Position numbers and translations under genes: made by a program | Assembly: GCF_004010195.1 (NCBI RefSeq) | Contig: NC_057755.1 | Span: 7,182,252-7,246,251, forward strand | Reading direction: 5' to 3' | Length of the DNA stretch: 64,000 nt | Source of the DNA: Chiloscyllium plagiosum | Lineage: Eukaryota | Shown here: positions 12,545-24,899 of the stretch, in pieces | How positions within the stretch are numbered: position 1 is the stretch's first letter | Layout of the letters: every line of letters starts with the position of its first letter | Notes under the pieces: generated by a model | What the model saw: only the letters and a program-made list of their open reading frames with translations | What the model was told of the DNA's origin: nothing | Database searches by the model: none

Positions 12545-13125
12545 GAACAAAGAAACTGTACAGCCCAGGAACAGGCCCTTCGGCCCTCCAAGCCTGAGCC
12601 GATCCAAATGTACTGTCTAAACCTGTCGGTAAATTCCTTAGCATCTGTATCCTTCTACTCCCCACCTACTCATGCGTTTATCCAGACGCATCTAACAGAT
12701 TACTTACCATGAGGAAACAGGCCCTTCAGCCTAATAAGTCCACACCGACCCTCCGAAGAGCAACCCACCCAAACCCATTCCCCTACACCTAAACTACGGG
12801 TAATTTAGCATAGCAAATTCACCTAATCTGCACCTCTTTGGATGGTGGGAGGAAACCGGAGCAAACTCACGCAGACACGGGACGAATGTGCAAACTCCAC
12901 AGTTGTCTAAAGCGGGAATTGAACCCAGGTCTCTGGAGCTGTGAGGCACCAGTACTAACCACTGTGCCACCGTGCCGCCCAAGGAATCTACCGTGTCTGC
13001 CTCTACAACCACCCTCTGTGAGAAATACTTGCCACGTGTATCCCCCTTAAACTTTCCATCTCTCACCTTGAAAGCGTGACCTCTGGTTATTGAATCCTTC
13101 ACCCTGGGGAAAAGCTTGTCTCTAA
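12545..13125 (-). mobile_element. CR1 3' end containing a SINE (~12715-12980)
   Basis: TRGHAFKVR..KYFSQRVV motif; homologous to 37260-37600. Confidence 0.8.
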
Positions 13126-13152
13126 GAATCTTGTGTGAGAGAGAAGAAAGGG

Positions 13153-13183
<31 letters not shown>

Positions 13184-14061
13184 ACGAAGGGAGATAGAAA
13201 GAGAGAGAAGGAAGGGAGAAAGAAAGGGAGAGAGAAGAAAGGTAGAGAGAGGAAAAAAGAAAGAGAGAGAAGCTTCTTAGCTGAGCAAAAAGAGAGAGAA
13301 TTTGAATTTGAGAAGTTGCGACTTAGTCAGCAAAGTCAAGTTAACAGGATGGAGATTAAAAGAGAAGGTAGTGATATATACAAATATATCAAAACTCTGC
13401 TACATTTTGATGAGAAAGGTGTTGAAGCCTTCTTTATTTCAGTGAAAAATAGGCTTGGCAGATGGAGTGCTCCGAGGATTGATGGGTAATGCTAGTTCAG
13501 ATTAATTCAGTAAACAAAGCTAGTGACGTATTTGCCGCGCTGTCAGATGAGGGGTCAAAATGTTATGAAGAGGTCAAACAGGCTATTTTAAATGCTTATG
13601 AGTTGGTAGCAGAAGCATATAGACAGCGGTTCAGAAACATAAAGAGGGAACCTGGTCAGACTGATGTTGAGTTTGAAAGAATTATACATAGTCATTTTGA
13701 TAGACAGGTGCTTGTTTAAAGACAGATAGGACCTTTGAGGCACGAAGAGCGCTTATTCTGCTGGTGGAGTTTAACAACTCTCTTCCATAGATGGTAAGAA
13801 TTCACGTGGAGGAACAGAAGTTTCAGGAAGTGAGAAGGGCAGTAGAATTTGAAGAAGAATGCATGTTGGTGCATAATTCAAAATACCAGCCAGAATTTCG
13901 TCCTGTGAGGGATGGAAGTTGGGAGAAGAGGAGATCCTACACTACGAAACAAAGAGTAGAGAAGACTGGTGAGAGATTATGACAGGATAAGAAGGAATCC
14001 CAAGAGGGTGAAATGGAGGTGAACGGCCTCAGGTGTCTTCAATGAACAATAGATAATAGAC

Positions 14062-14192
14062 TAGGTAAAAACAAGGACTGCAGATGCTGGAAACCAGAGT
14101 CTAGATTAGAGCGGTGCTGAAAAAGCACAGCAGGTCAGGCAGGTCGGATGCTGCCTGACCTGCTGTGCTTTTCCAGCACCACTCTAATCTAG
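14062..14192. mobile_element. Palindromic PLE-derived insert in a CR1 tail
   Basis: Inverted arms; flanking repeat acaatagataatagac at 14046-14061 and 14193-14208. Confidence 0.75.
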
Positions 14193-14885
14193 ACAATAGA
14201 TAATAGACAATAGGTGCAGGAGTAGGTCATTCAGCCCTAAGATGCAGCATCACCATTCATTATGATTATGGCTGATCGTCCACAATCAGTATCCTGTTCC
14301 TGCCTTATCCCCATAACTCTTTATTCTACTATCTTTACGAGCTCTATCCATCTGTTTCTTGAAAGCATCCAGAGATTTGGCCTCCGCTGCCTTCTGGGGC
14401 AAAGCATTCCATATATCTACCACTCTCTGGATGAAGAAGTTTCTCCTCAACTCTGTTGTAAATGGCCTACCCCTTGTTTCTAAACTGTGTCCTCTGTTCT
14501 GGACCCACCCATAAGCGGAAACATGCTTCCTGCTGCCACAGTGTCCAATCCTTTAATAATCTTATACGTCTCAATCAGATCTCCTTTCAACCTTCTAAAC
14601 TGGAGTGTATACCAGCCCAGTCACTCCAATCTTTCAACATATGATAATCTTGCCATTCCGGGAATTGACCTCTACAACATACGCTGCCCTCCCTCAATAG
14701 CCAGAATGTCCTTCCTCAAATTTGGAGACCAAAACTGCACACAATACTCCAGGTGCGGTCTTACCAGGGCCCAACACAGCTGCAGGATGACCTCTTTGCT
14801 TCTATACTCAGTTCCTCTTATTATGAAGACAAACATGCCATTAGCTTTCTTCACTGCCTGCTGTACCTGCATGCTTGCTTTCATC
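14193..14885 (-). mobile_element. CR1 3' fragment inserted in Gypsy gag
   Basis: VKKANGM..HLEYCVQFWSP; tcaatg repeated at both Gypsy flanks. Confidence 0.85.
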
Positions 14886-17404
14886 AATGGAATGCAACCC
14901 AGAAAATGTTTCCATGTAATGGAGTGGGACACTGAAAATTACAGTGCCGGTGGTTTCAGAAGTACACTGGGAAAAGGTGTTTTCATTGCCAGAAGGTGGG
15001 ACACGTAAAGTCACAGTCACAGTTGTTCAAGAAACACACTGTGGGAAAAGATGTGATAAAAGAAGTTACGCCAGTGGCATTAGTTATGGTAGTATAGGAA
15101 ACCCCAATAGTTTGGAGCTGCATGAGAATGCACAACCTTGGCAGGAGTTGGATATAGAGTTAGCACTTGATCTGTCCAAAACAAAAATCGTTTCTTTGGG
15201 TAAAGTTTATTCAGAAAGAACAGGGGGAGAAGGGCAAGAAGTTATAATTTTGAGCGATACAGGATCTAACCAGTTGCTGATAATAAGAGATGAGCGAATA
15301 TGCAATCTTTTTGTGGTAATTTGTGGGATAGATGGACGGAGATTTAGTTTTCCGCTATGTAAGATCAAGTTGGAGTGCCAACTCAAGACTGGGGAAGTTG
15401 CAGTGGGAGTGATTGACAAATTGTCCATTTTAGGAATTCAGTTTGCTCTTGGGAATGATTTCGCAGGGTTCAAGGTGGGAGTGACACGCATTGTTGCAGA
15501 CAAAGCCAATGAAGACCAAGAAACTGAGGAGTTAAAACAGAAATATCCTGGTATTTTCCCAGACTGTGTAGTAACCAGATCCCACAAAGCAAAAACTAAA
15601 GAGTAAGATGAGTTAGTTGAAGTTCAGTTAGCAGATACCCTGTTTGATATAATGGCGCAGGAAAAATCTGAAAAAGCAGAGGGTTAGACAGAAGTGTTTA
15701 GACCTGAAAAGGCTAAGGGATTTGCAACATCAAGACGTGATGATAAAAGAAAAAATATGTGGATGCGTACTCTGAAAAGGAGTTAGAGCATATTCGTAAG
15801 GAATATTATCTTAAAGATAGAATCCTAGGGTGGAAATGGAGACCACAGCAGGTCAATGCAGAGGAGAAATTGGCCAAAATGCACCAAATTGTGTTGTTAG
15901 TAGAATACAGACAGGAGGTGTCACGGGTAGCAGATAAACTATATTTTGGAAGTAACCTCGGGGTAAGAAAGACTCAGGCACAGGTACAAAATAATTTTTA
16001 CTGGCCTGGAATGCACAAGAGTGTCGCTAACTTTTGCCATACGTGTGGTACATGCCAAATGACAGGAAGCCACGGGTGGTAATAAAACCAGCGCCTCTGT
16101 TGCCAATTCCTGTATTTGAAGAACCTTTCACACGAGTCATAAGTAATTGTGTCGGTCCCTTCCCGAAAAATAAAAGTGGGAACCAGTACTTGTTAACCAG
16201 AATGGATGTGTCCACCAGATTTCTGGAGGTAATTCCATTACAGAGTGTCAAGGCAAAAAGGGTGGTAGAGGAGTTAGTAGCTTTCGTCTCATGGTATGAG
16301 CTACCCAGACGGATTCAGTCGGACAAAGGATCAAATTTTACTGGTAGGCTGTTTAAGGAGGTTATGGATAGCTTAGGAATACAGCACATTAAAACCAGTG
16401 CGTATCATGAATCCCAGGGAGTTTCAGAAAGGTGGCATCAGACATTGAAGGCCATGTTGAGAGCATACTGTCAGGATTAAACGAATGACTGGGATACAGT
16501 TATACCATTTGTGTTGTTCAGCATTCAAGAAACCCAAACGAACTTACTCAGTTCACTCCCCAATACTTCGGCATGAAGTGAGAGGCCTTTTGAAATTAAT
16601 TAAAGAAAAATTGACAGGACAAAAGTCGGAGATCTCATACTCAGATTATGTATCTGAGGTGAGGGAGAGATTAAATTGAGTAGGTGAGTTCGTTAAACAT
16701 CACCAAAAGAGCTACAGCATAGAATGAATCAGGTGGCAGATAAAAGCTCTGAGAGTCAGCCGTTTTCCTGAGATCCCTTCAAATCTCCGTTTAATGCAGC
16801 TATCAAACTGAGCAAAAGTTGAGTCAGGTGAACTATCTAGTAGAGATGCCAAATCAGACACAAACTTTATCGGTTATGTCCTGGAAACATGTTGAAACCG
16901 TATCATACTAGAGAGAAAGAACTGGAGAAACAGGTGTTAGTTACTGCCCTGCAGAGTGAGGAAGCAAATCCAGATGATGTGGATTTTGATGTGCCTCAAA
17001 ATAGATTAATAAAATGAAGAAGTCCTTGAGGAGTGGGTTAGGTTAGTCAAGTATCTGTCTCATGAGCAAAGACGCAGTTGCAATGTTTGTTACTGCATTA
17101 GAAGGACACATGTCAGAATCAGATAGGGATGACTAATTGCTATTGTACATGATTTAGATGTAGGGAATACTGCGCCAATAAAACAGCACCCATATTGCCA
17201 CAATCCTTTCAAAGCCCGACAGGTCCGGAAGGAGATGGAGGCCATGCTCAAAGAGGATATCATCGAACTGAGCCAGAGAGAGTGTAAATCGCTGATGGTC
17301 TTCGTTGCTCAACTGGACGGGACTCAACGATTTTGCATGGATTAGCAGAAGGTCAACGTCGTTACAAGATCAGACTCAAATCCAGTTCCGAGATTGGAGG
17401 ACTA

Positions 17405-18020
17405 CATAGAACATAGAACATAGAATATAGAAGAATACAGCGCAGTACAGGCCCTTCGGCCCTCGATGTTGCGCCGATCCAAGCCCACCTAACCTACACT
17501 AGCCCACTATCCTCCATATGCCTATCCAATGCCCGCTTAAATGCCCATAAAGAGGGAGAGTCCACCACTGCTACTGGCAGGGCATTCCATGAACTCACGA
17601 CTCGCTGAGTACTGCACCCGTTCCAGTGCCTCCACATCCTTCCTATAGTATGGCGACCAAAACTGCACACAATACTCCAGATGCGGCCGCACCAGAGTCT
17701 TATACAACTGCAATATGACCTCAGTACTCCGGAACTCAATTCCTCTACCAATAAAAGCCAGTACGCCATATGCCTTCTTCACCGCACTATTTACCTTGGT
17801 GGCAACTTTCAAAGATTTGTGTACATGGACACCAAGATCCCTCTGCTCATCCACACTACCAAGTATCCGACCATTAGCCCAGTACCCCATCTTTTTGTTA
17901 CTCTTACCAAAGTGAATCACCTCACACTTAGCTACATTGAACTCCATTTGCCACCTTTCTGCCCAGTTCTGCAGCTTATCTATATCCCGCTGTAACCTGC
18001 CACATCCTTCCTCACTGTGA
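17405..18020 (-). mobile_element. CR1 3' fragment inserted in Gypsy RT
   Basis: MEFNVAKCEVIHFG...HLEYCVQFWSP; (acataga)n tail; internal deletion. Confidence 0.88.
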
Positions 18021-18959
18021 CTATATTGAGTGAGTCGGACAAACCAGTCACATCACCAAGTTAGACTCACTGCGTGGTTCCTGGCAGGTATCTTATCAGA
18101 GACGGTGAAAATAACTTCTACATTTGTAACCCCAAATGGGCTATATCAATTTAAAGTGATGCCCTTTGGAGTGAAGAACGTACCTGTCACAATCCAAAGA
18201 CTCATGAACAGAGTTGTGGCTGGGTCTTCAAACTCTGCAATCTATTTGGACAATAAAGTGATCTTTCCTAAATCCTCAAAAGATCACATGGTACAGTTGG
18301 CAGAGCTCTTTGAACGACAATGAGAAACAAAACTTGCGATAAACTGAAACAAAACTGAATTCCCGAAAGCAGAGGTGACGTTCTTGGGACATAACATTGG
18401 TCATGGAAGGTTGACATCACGGAACGCAAAGACAAAGACCATCGAGGAATTTCTACGACCAACCTCGAAGAAAGAGGTGCTTCAATTCTTAGGACTCAGC
18501 GGATTCTATTGGAAGTTTGTTCCAAACTTTAGCAGTGTAGTTGCACCGTGAACCAATTTCCTGAATAAGGACACAAAGATTCAGTGGAGAGAACAAAACC
18601 AGGAGGCAGTCGACAATTTGAAAGCAATATTAACGACTGCACCAGTTTTAGCTGCAGCAAAAGTTTCAAAATATTTTAAAGTTTCCATCAATGCGAGTGA
18701 TATAGGAGTTGGAGCTGTACTACTACAGAAAGATGTGTATGGGATTGATCAGTTGGTTACTTTTCGAAGAAACTTAACATCCACCAGTGGAAATACTCCT
18801 TATTCAAAAACTAGCTAGTGTGTTTGGTACTGGTCTTCCAACAATTTAATGTGTATATCACAAACAATGCGTCAGAGATTTATGCGATTGTTGTTTTTCA
18901 CTGTGTCTCATGAGTGCTGGCGGAAAACTACACACTACTGCTGGGAGGCGGGAGTGCAG

Positions 18960-19800
18960 GGAAAGGATAAGACTAAAAAAAGCTAGAGGTGTTTGGGGGA
19001 TCTGGCAGGGAGGCTGTTACATGCATCAGTCCCCTGCACCACAGACTCGTAGCCCAACTGCTTGTTCTGTGGTGTTGTGGAATTCGTTGATCATATATAC
19101 ATTGTGTGTGGGTGTCTGCACTCCTTTTCTGCTTTCCTGAAGAACATACGTTTATGTTTTTGGTCGCACTTCAGCCCCATGCTCCTGAACTATGGGCACC
19201 CAGTGCGAAAAGGGAAAGGTGGGTCAGCGGATCTCCTCGTGGGTCTGCTCCTTTGCCTGACAAGGGCAAATCAGTGGGCCATGGTGGGGTTATTATGGCT
19301 GACTGCCTGCCCCTGTTCTACAGCTACGTTCAAGCCCGGGTGTCCTTAGTGGAGGAGCACGATGTGTCTACAACACCCTTGAGGTTTTCCAGGGAGAGGT
19401 GGGCAGAGCATTTTGTGGAGTATTTTATCCCCAAACTCTATTTTATTTAATCCCTGCCCTCCCTTTCACTTTTTGATCACTTTGTATTGTTCTTTGTTGA
19501 AAAGAGCACTGCGTGTGACCGGCCACTCATCTGTTTCTTTTCTGGTGGTGGAATATTAAAAAAAAGTCTACATTCGTTATTTTTCACTGGGTCCTACACC
19601 TGCGCACACGACATAAGTACTGGGGAATAAATAAGTACTATCGCTGTTAGGGGTAGTGCAAATATATATATAAACAGGTGATTTAGAATCTCCTCAGTTC
19701 AGGGGACAGACCACAAAAAAAGTAAACACAAAACAGAAAATATGAAAGAGACAAGATATAAACTGGAGGTTTATAATCTCCTCACTTCAGGGACTGAATC
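18960..19800 (+). mobile_element. Second Tx1/L1-like LINE 3' end with 3' UTR
   Basis: FCGVVEFVDHIYIVCGCLHSFSAFLKNIRLCFWSHFSPMLLNYGHP; aligns by eye with 6750-6918 and 7550-7800. Confidence 0.7.
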
Positions 19801-21209
19801 CTAGTTGGCTGGCCACATCCAGTGTACCGCGTACATGTAAAGAAATGATGATTTGACGACAGGATACTGGCCTCTGTGCAGTAATTCCACCATTCCTTCA
19901 CTTTCTTCACAATCTCCTCTCTCTATTCTGACACCCAGTCTTTCCTCGCAAGGATTGTTCAGGCAACCACATTCCACCATAACACAGTCGAATGGTGTGT
20001 GCATCCTGCACTGCACAGCCCCTATTGGACAGGAGTGTGCATTTTCATCATTTAGTTGAAACGTCGTTGAGCATGAATTAAGGACATCCTCTTTAGCCGA
20101 CCTCGTGGTTAAAGAATAATGCTAATAATAATAAATGGCAAAGTCACATCTTTTTCATATAAATTGAATGAATTTTCATAATTCATATTATTTTATGAAA
20201 CCATTAAAAATACAAATGCATGAAATTCCATGAGTATTGAACAATGAAGAATATTTCACTGCACAAGTAACTATAATATATAGTGAAAATATACTATAAA
20301 TATTGAATATGTAAATAAAGAAAATACAACGATTTCTTTCCATTCAGTCGTTATATTTTTGTCTTCTCTCTTCCTTCTATGTCCCTCATAGGTTATCATT
20401 GTAGAACGTTATATTGTATTATCAGTACCATTATTAAGATGATAATGAACAATTAAAAAAATCCACGATAGGCTGAATGCTCTTAATTTAATATCGTAAA
20501 TTTATTGGATTCTGTGAATTACTTGGTTCAATTTGTGGAACCGATTGCTCACAGTTGCAAATGGCAGATTTATTCCAGAGAAAAGTGAAACGGCCGTACG
20601 AGAGTTCCTACAAAATAACAATGCAAACATTGAATGATCTCATTTCACAAAGTACCTGAGAATAATGATAAACTTTATCATTGAATCTGTGGAGTTTGAT
20701 TCGTCAATACCTTTGTCGTGAGATTAAAGTTTCAACGCGATTTTTCTTTTAACTTCGTTCAGAGTTGTGCAGTTGAGGCTGAGTGCCAAGAATGAAATGG
20801 AAACTATGTCACCGTCATTTACTGTCCAAGAATTAAAAAAATAATAATTTGGAAAACATAATGTTGACCAATACTACACACTCAATATTCCCATAGAAAT
20901 CTCACAAGGTCTCAAACAGAACCACCACAAAACCGAAGGCAGAAAGATTCCTTGGATAAAAACGGGACACATTATTATTACAGGGATGACTTTTCGTTTG
21001 TAGGACACCTAGAAACTGGGTCACATTACCCTTGCTGTAGCTAGTCTGCTTGGGAAATGAATATAATTACAGGCTTGCAAAATTTTAAACTACTGTGTGT
21101 CGGATAATGCTACATGATGATCAGCCCAGGTTTTCATTTGTTTGTTCAAATATCCTAATTTATCTCTGAAATATTCTTCCACCTCTTAGGTTAATAATAA
21201 ACCTGTGTT

Positions 21210-21462
21210 TGCTGCTCACATAATTTCTGACATTGATTTGCAGCTTTGAGTACAATGCCCTGCAGTGTTTAAATGGACAACTCTGAAGAATTAATGAACG
21301 AAAACGTTCCTGAGATATTTTCCTATAGATTGGCATGCTGCTCACATAATTTCTGACATTGATTTGCAGCTTTGAGTACAATGCCCTGCAGTGTTTAAAT
21401 GGACAACTTCTGAAGAATTAATGAACGAAAACGTTCCTGAGATATTTTCCTATAGATCGGCA
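21210..21462. repeat. Tandem duplication, 126 + 127 bp
   Basis: 21210-21335 and 21336-21462 differ by one indel and one substitution. Confidence 0.95.
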
Positions 21463-23609
21463 TGAAGCCCATGTTACAATTGAGTTTAGAAGAGAGCTTA
21501 GCACATTGTGCTTGTACTTTGCGAATATCCATTGTCCCGAGGGCAATTAATTAACTGGCACTGAATAAAATGGTTTCGGTTGTGAAATTACATTGTTTTT
21601 TTTTTGGCGAGTCTCTCTATTACGTTAAGCTGCATCTTTGTTTTTTTTTGTAATGGGATAATGATTGCAACATGTTTCAGTGAATTTCAACACAAAAATC
21701 AACCTCTGTCATTCCAACACCAAGAAATTGCTGACGGAAGTGTAAAGTGCACAGACAACAGGACAATACAGATCAGTAAATTAAATTAGGTTTCCTCAAA
21801 AGTGCAGTTGAACTATTCTCAGTCAGAAACATTTTCAGTAGCAATCAAACAGTTTCATTGAATTTTTGGACACCATTACAGTTTCTGTCCATACATAGGA
21901 GAAGCGAGCTGGAAAGAAGAGGTAAATTAAGGGTCAATGTGATTTGCTTCAAGTGTCACAAGAAAGAGAGCAACAGAGAACTCAGATAAATGGCAATGAG
22001 CATGAAATATCGTAAAGCATTGCAGGAAACATACTCAAAAGGAGTATGTTTGCAATTGTCGAGAGCATTTTTTTCATCAATTCTGGCACCTCATTGCCAT
22101 CGTTTTCAGGGTGAAAACCTAAGTCAAACCCCATTGGTTGCTTCATCCTTCAAATATCTTCCTTTAAATCTTCAATCATGTGATTACTGCTGATTGATTT
22201 GAGAAGAACAGCTTGTTCCACACCAAAGTCCAAAGATGGGAATGACAGGTGAATTGGCCATATTAAATTCCCCATTGTGCTCGATGCATTAGTCAGAGGG
22301 AAATGGGTCTGGGTGGGTTACTCTTCGATGGGTCAGTGTGGATTGGTTGGGCCGAAGGGCCTGTTTCCACACTGTAGGGAATCTAATCTAATCTAATCGA
22401 ATACTGAATCTATCAATGTCGATATGAATCAAATCACAGGCAGCATTCATTATGTGGATAACATTTGAGAAATTATGACAAGGAGTAGAGAATAGCCATG
22501 TAATGCATGAGATAATGTAATTATAACTCATTCAATGCACGCAAAATTGTTGTCACTTTATCACTCTTTTTGACAATGACTTGACTATTCATTTCCAGCA
22601 ACTAAGATTAGATTACATTAGATTACATTACAGTGTGGAAACAGGCCCTTCGGCCCAACAAGTCCACACCGACCCGCCGAAGCGCAACCCACCCATAACC
22701 CTACATTTACTCCTTACCTAACACTACGGGCAATTTAGCATGGCCAATTCACCTGACCCGCCACATCTTTGGACTATGGAAGATATCTTTGGAAGATGCA
22801 CCAGCTTCATAACTACGTGAATTCTGCAATGTTCAAAAAAGCACAAGGCAATGCTTTTACATGTTAGTAGTGTGTCATATTTTAAAAATAGACTATTGAT
22901 TTGTTACAACCAATATCAGCAAGTAATATTGCAAAGATAGCATAGGAAGTCTCTGCAGTTGTCACACCAATGTTGGTCATGCCATTTGTATTGAAGCAAG
23001 CTTGCCCCATATCGATGACCAGTTTACTGAGTTACAGCTCAAGCACGTGTACTCGTAGTTTATTTGGATGGCACCATGCTATATAATCACAAACGTAAAG
23101 AAAACATCGAAAAGTCGAACCAGAGATGGTCAATCCACATCGTCATGGGACGGAAAAAAGAGTACATCAATGAAGGAGACTGGGTCACCATTAAAAAAAA
23201 ACGTAAAAGATAGCTGTTCTGAGAAATATCAAAACGCCTTGGCATTGTCTAACGGGTCTGAAATGTTGTGGAGGGAAAGTAGAAGAGAGTATGTGTTGGC
23301 ACATTATGGAAATTTGGAGGACAAGTAGCATTGTGACATTCGTTGATTCTTACTCTGAGATAGACTGAGTAAAAAGCTGTAGCGTAGGTTGTAGCAAGGA
23401 AGACATTCATGCAATATTTGTAGGAAAACTTCCTGCATCAGTACATTTCCAGGCTAGAAAGTCAAAAGCAACGTTGGATCTAATCGTGGAAAAGAGGTAG
23501 GTGAAGTGGAGTACGTCAGAGTGGATGACCCTTGGGAAACAGCAATCATACTATCAAAAGTTGCATTATTAAATTGAAAAGAATAAAAATCAGTCAAGGA
23601 TTGATCAGT

Positions 23610-24870
23610 GAAGGGAGAACGTGAGGACTGCAGATGCTGGAGATCAGAGTCGAAAGTGTGGTGATGGAAAAGCACAGCAGGTCAAGCAGCATCCAGGGAA
23701 CAGGAGACTTGACATTTTGAGCATAAGCATTTCATCGGGGATAAGACTTGTGGGCCAAGGGGGCTGAGAGATAAATATAGAACATAGGACATAGAACATA
23801 ACAGCGCAGTACAGGCCCTTCGGCCTTCGATGTTGCGCCGACCTGTCATACCAATCTGAAGCCCACCTAACCTACACTATTCCATATACGTCCATATGCT
23901 TGTCCAATGACGACTTAAATGTACTTAAATTTGGCGAATCTACTAAATGGGAGAGGGTTGCGGCTGGGGAAAAGTAGCTGAGAGTGTGATAGGTAGATGA
24001 AAGTGGGATAAAAGTTATCGGTCAGAGAGCAGGGTGGAGCGGTTATGTGGAAACGAAGATGGATAGGTCAAGTGGGTGGTCCTGAGTTGGAGGCTTGGGA
24101 TTGGGATAAGCTGAGGGGAGGGGATATAATGAAGCTGGTGAAATCCACATTGATCCCGTGAGGTTGCAGAGTCTCAAGGTGGAAGATTAGGCATTCTTAC
24201 TCCAGGCGTCGGGTGGTTAGGGTTTGGCGATGGAGAAGACCCAGGAAAAGCATGACCTTGTTGAAGTGGGAGGGAAAGCCACAGGGTGATGGGGTTGGTT
24301 GGTCCGAGTGTCTCAGAGATGTTCTCTGAAATGATCTGCACTTTGGAGTCCTGCCTTCCCGATGTAGAAGAGACCACATCAGGTGCAACAGATACAGTAG
24401 ATGACGCGTGTGGAAGTACAGGCAAATTTCTGTCTGATGTGAAAAGATCCTTTGGGGCGTTGGACAGAGGTGAGGGGGAGGTGTGGGTGCAGAGTTTGCA
24501 CTTCCTGCGCTGGCAGGGGATGGTGCTGGGATTGGGGGGGGGGGGGGGGGTTAGGCTAGTGGGGGTGGGCGTTGATCTGACAATGGAGTTGGGGAGGAAG
24601 TGGTGTCTCTGAAACGCCGATGCAAATATATCCCGAATGGTGAGGTCTTTTAGCAGATAATGAAAGGAACAGATGACAATCTGATGTGTCTGGAGATTGG
24701 TGGGGTGGAAGGTGAGGACCGGGGTGGCTTCTGTCCTTGTTCCGATTGGACGGGTCGAGGTGCAGGAACTGGAGGAGTGCGCTGGAGGGCATTGGTGACC
24801 AAGTCGGAGGGAAAATTGCGGTCTTTGAAGAAGGAGGTAATCTGGGATGTTCGATGGTAGAATTGGTACT
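23610..24870 (-). mobile_element. Degraded Penelope-like element with a CR1 3' end inserted at ~23777-23945
   Basis: Homologous to 6925-7545 (GIY-YIG region) with the ctgcagatgctgg terminal repeat at ~23628. Confidence 0.8.
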
Positions 24871-24899
24871 CTTCAGAGCAGTCAAAAGGCAGACTGCAC

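Larger units (their letters stand above)
7799..18880 (+). mobile_element. Decayed Gmr1-like Gypsy LTR retrotransposon interrupted by CR1, PLE and SINE insertions
   Basis: Short TG..CA LTR remnant 7799-7902; gag ATG 8150; coiled-coil gag pieces ~12250-12545 and ~13125-14045 with SCAN-like AYELVAEAYRQRFR; broken Zn knuckle ~14905; protease LSDTGS ~15250; integrase ~15760-16680 (CHTCGTCQ, IQSDKGSNF, SERWHQTLK); RT ~17150-18460 (YQFKVMPFG, YLDN); RNase H ~18620-18870 (NASDIGVGAVLLQ). Many stops and frameshifts; no 3' LTR seen. Confidence 0.9.

Noticed and set aside
12203..12665. Hydrophobic Ser/Leu-rich ORFs
   Set aside because: Antisense translation of AG-rich gag coiled-coil sequence.
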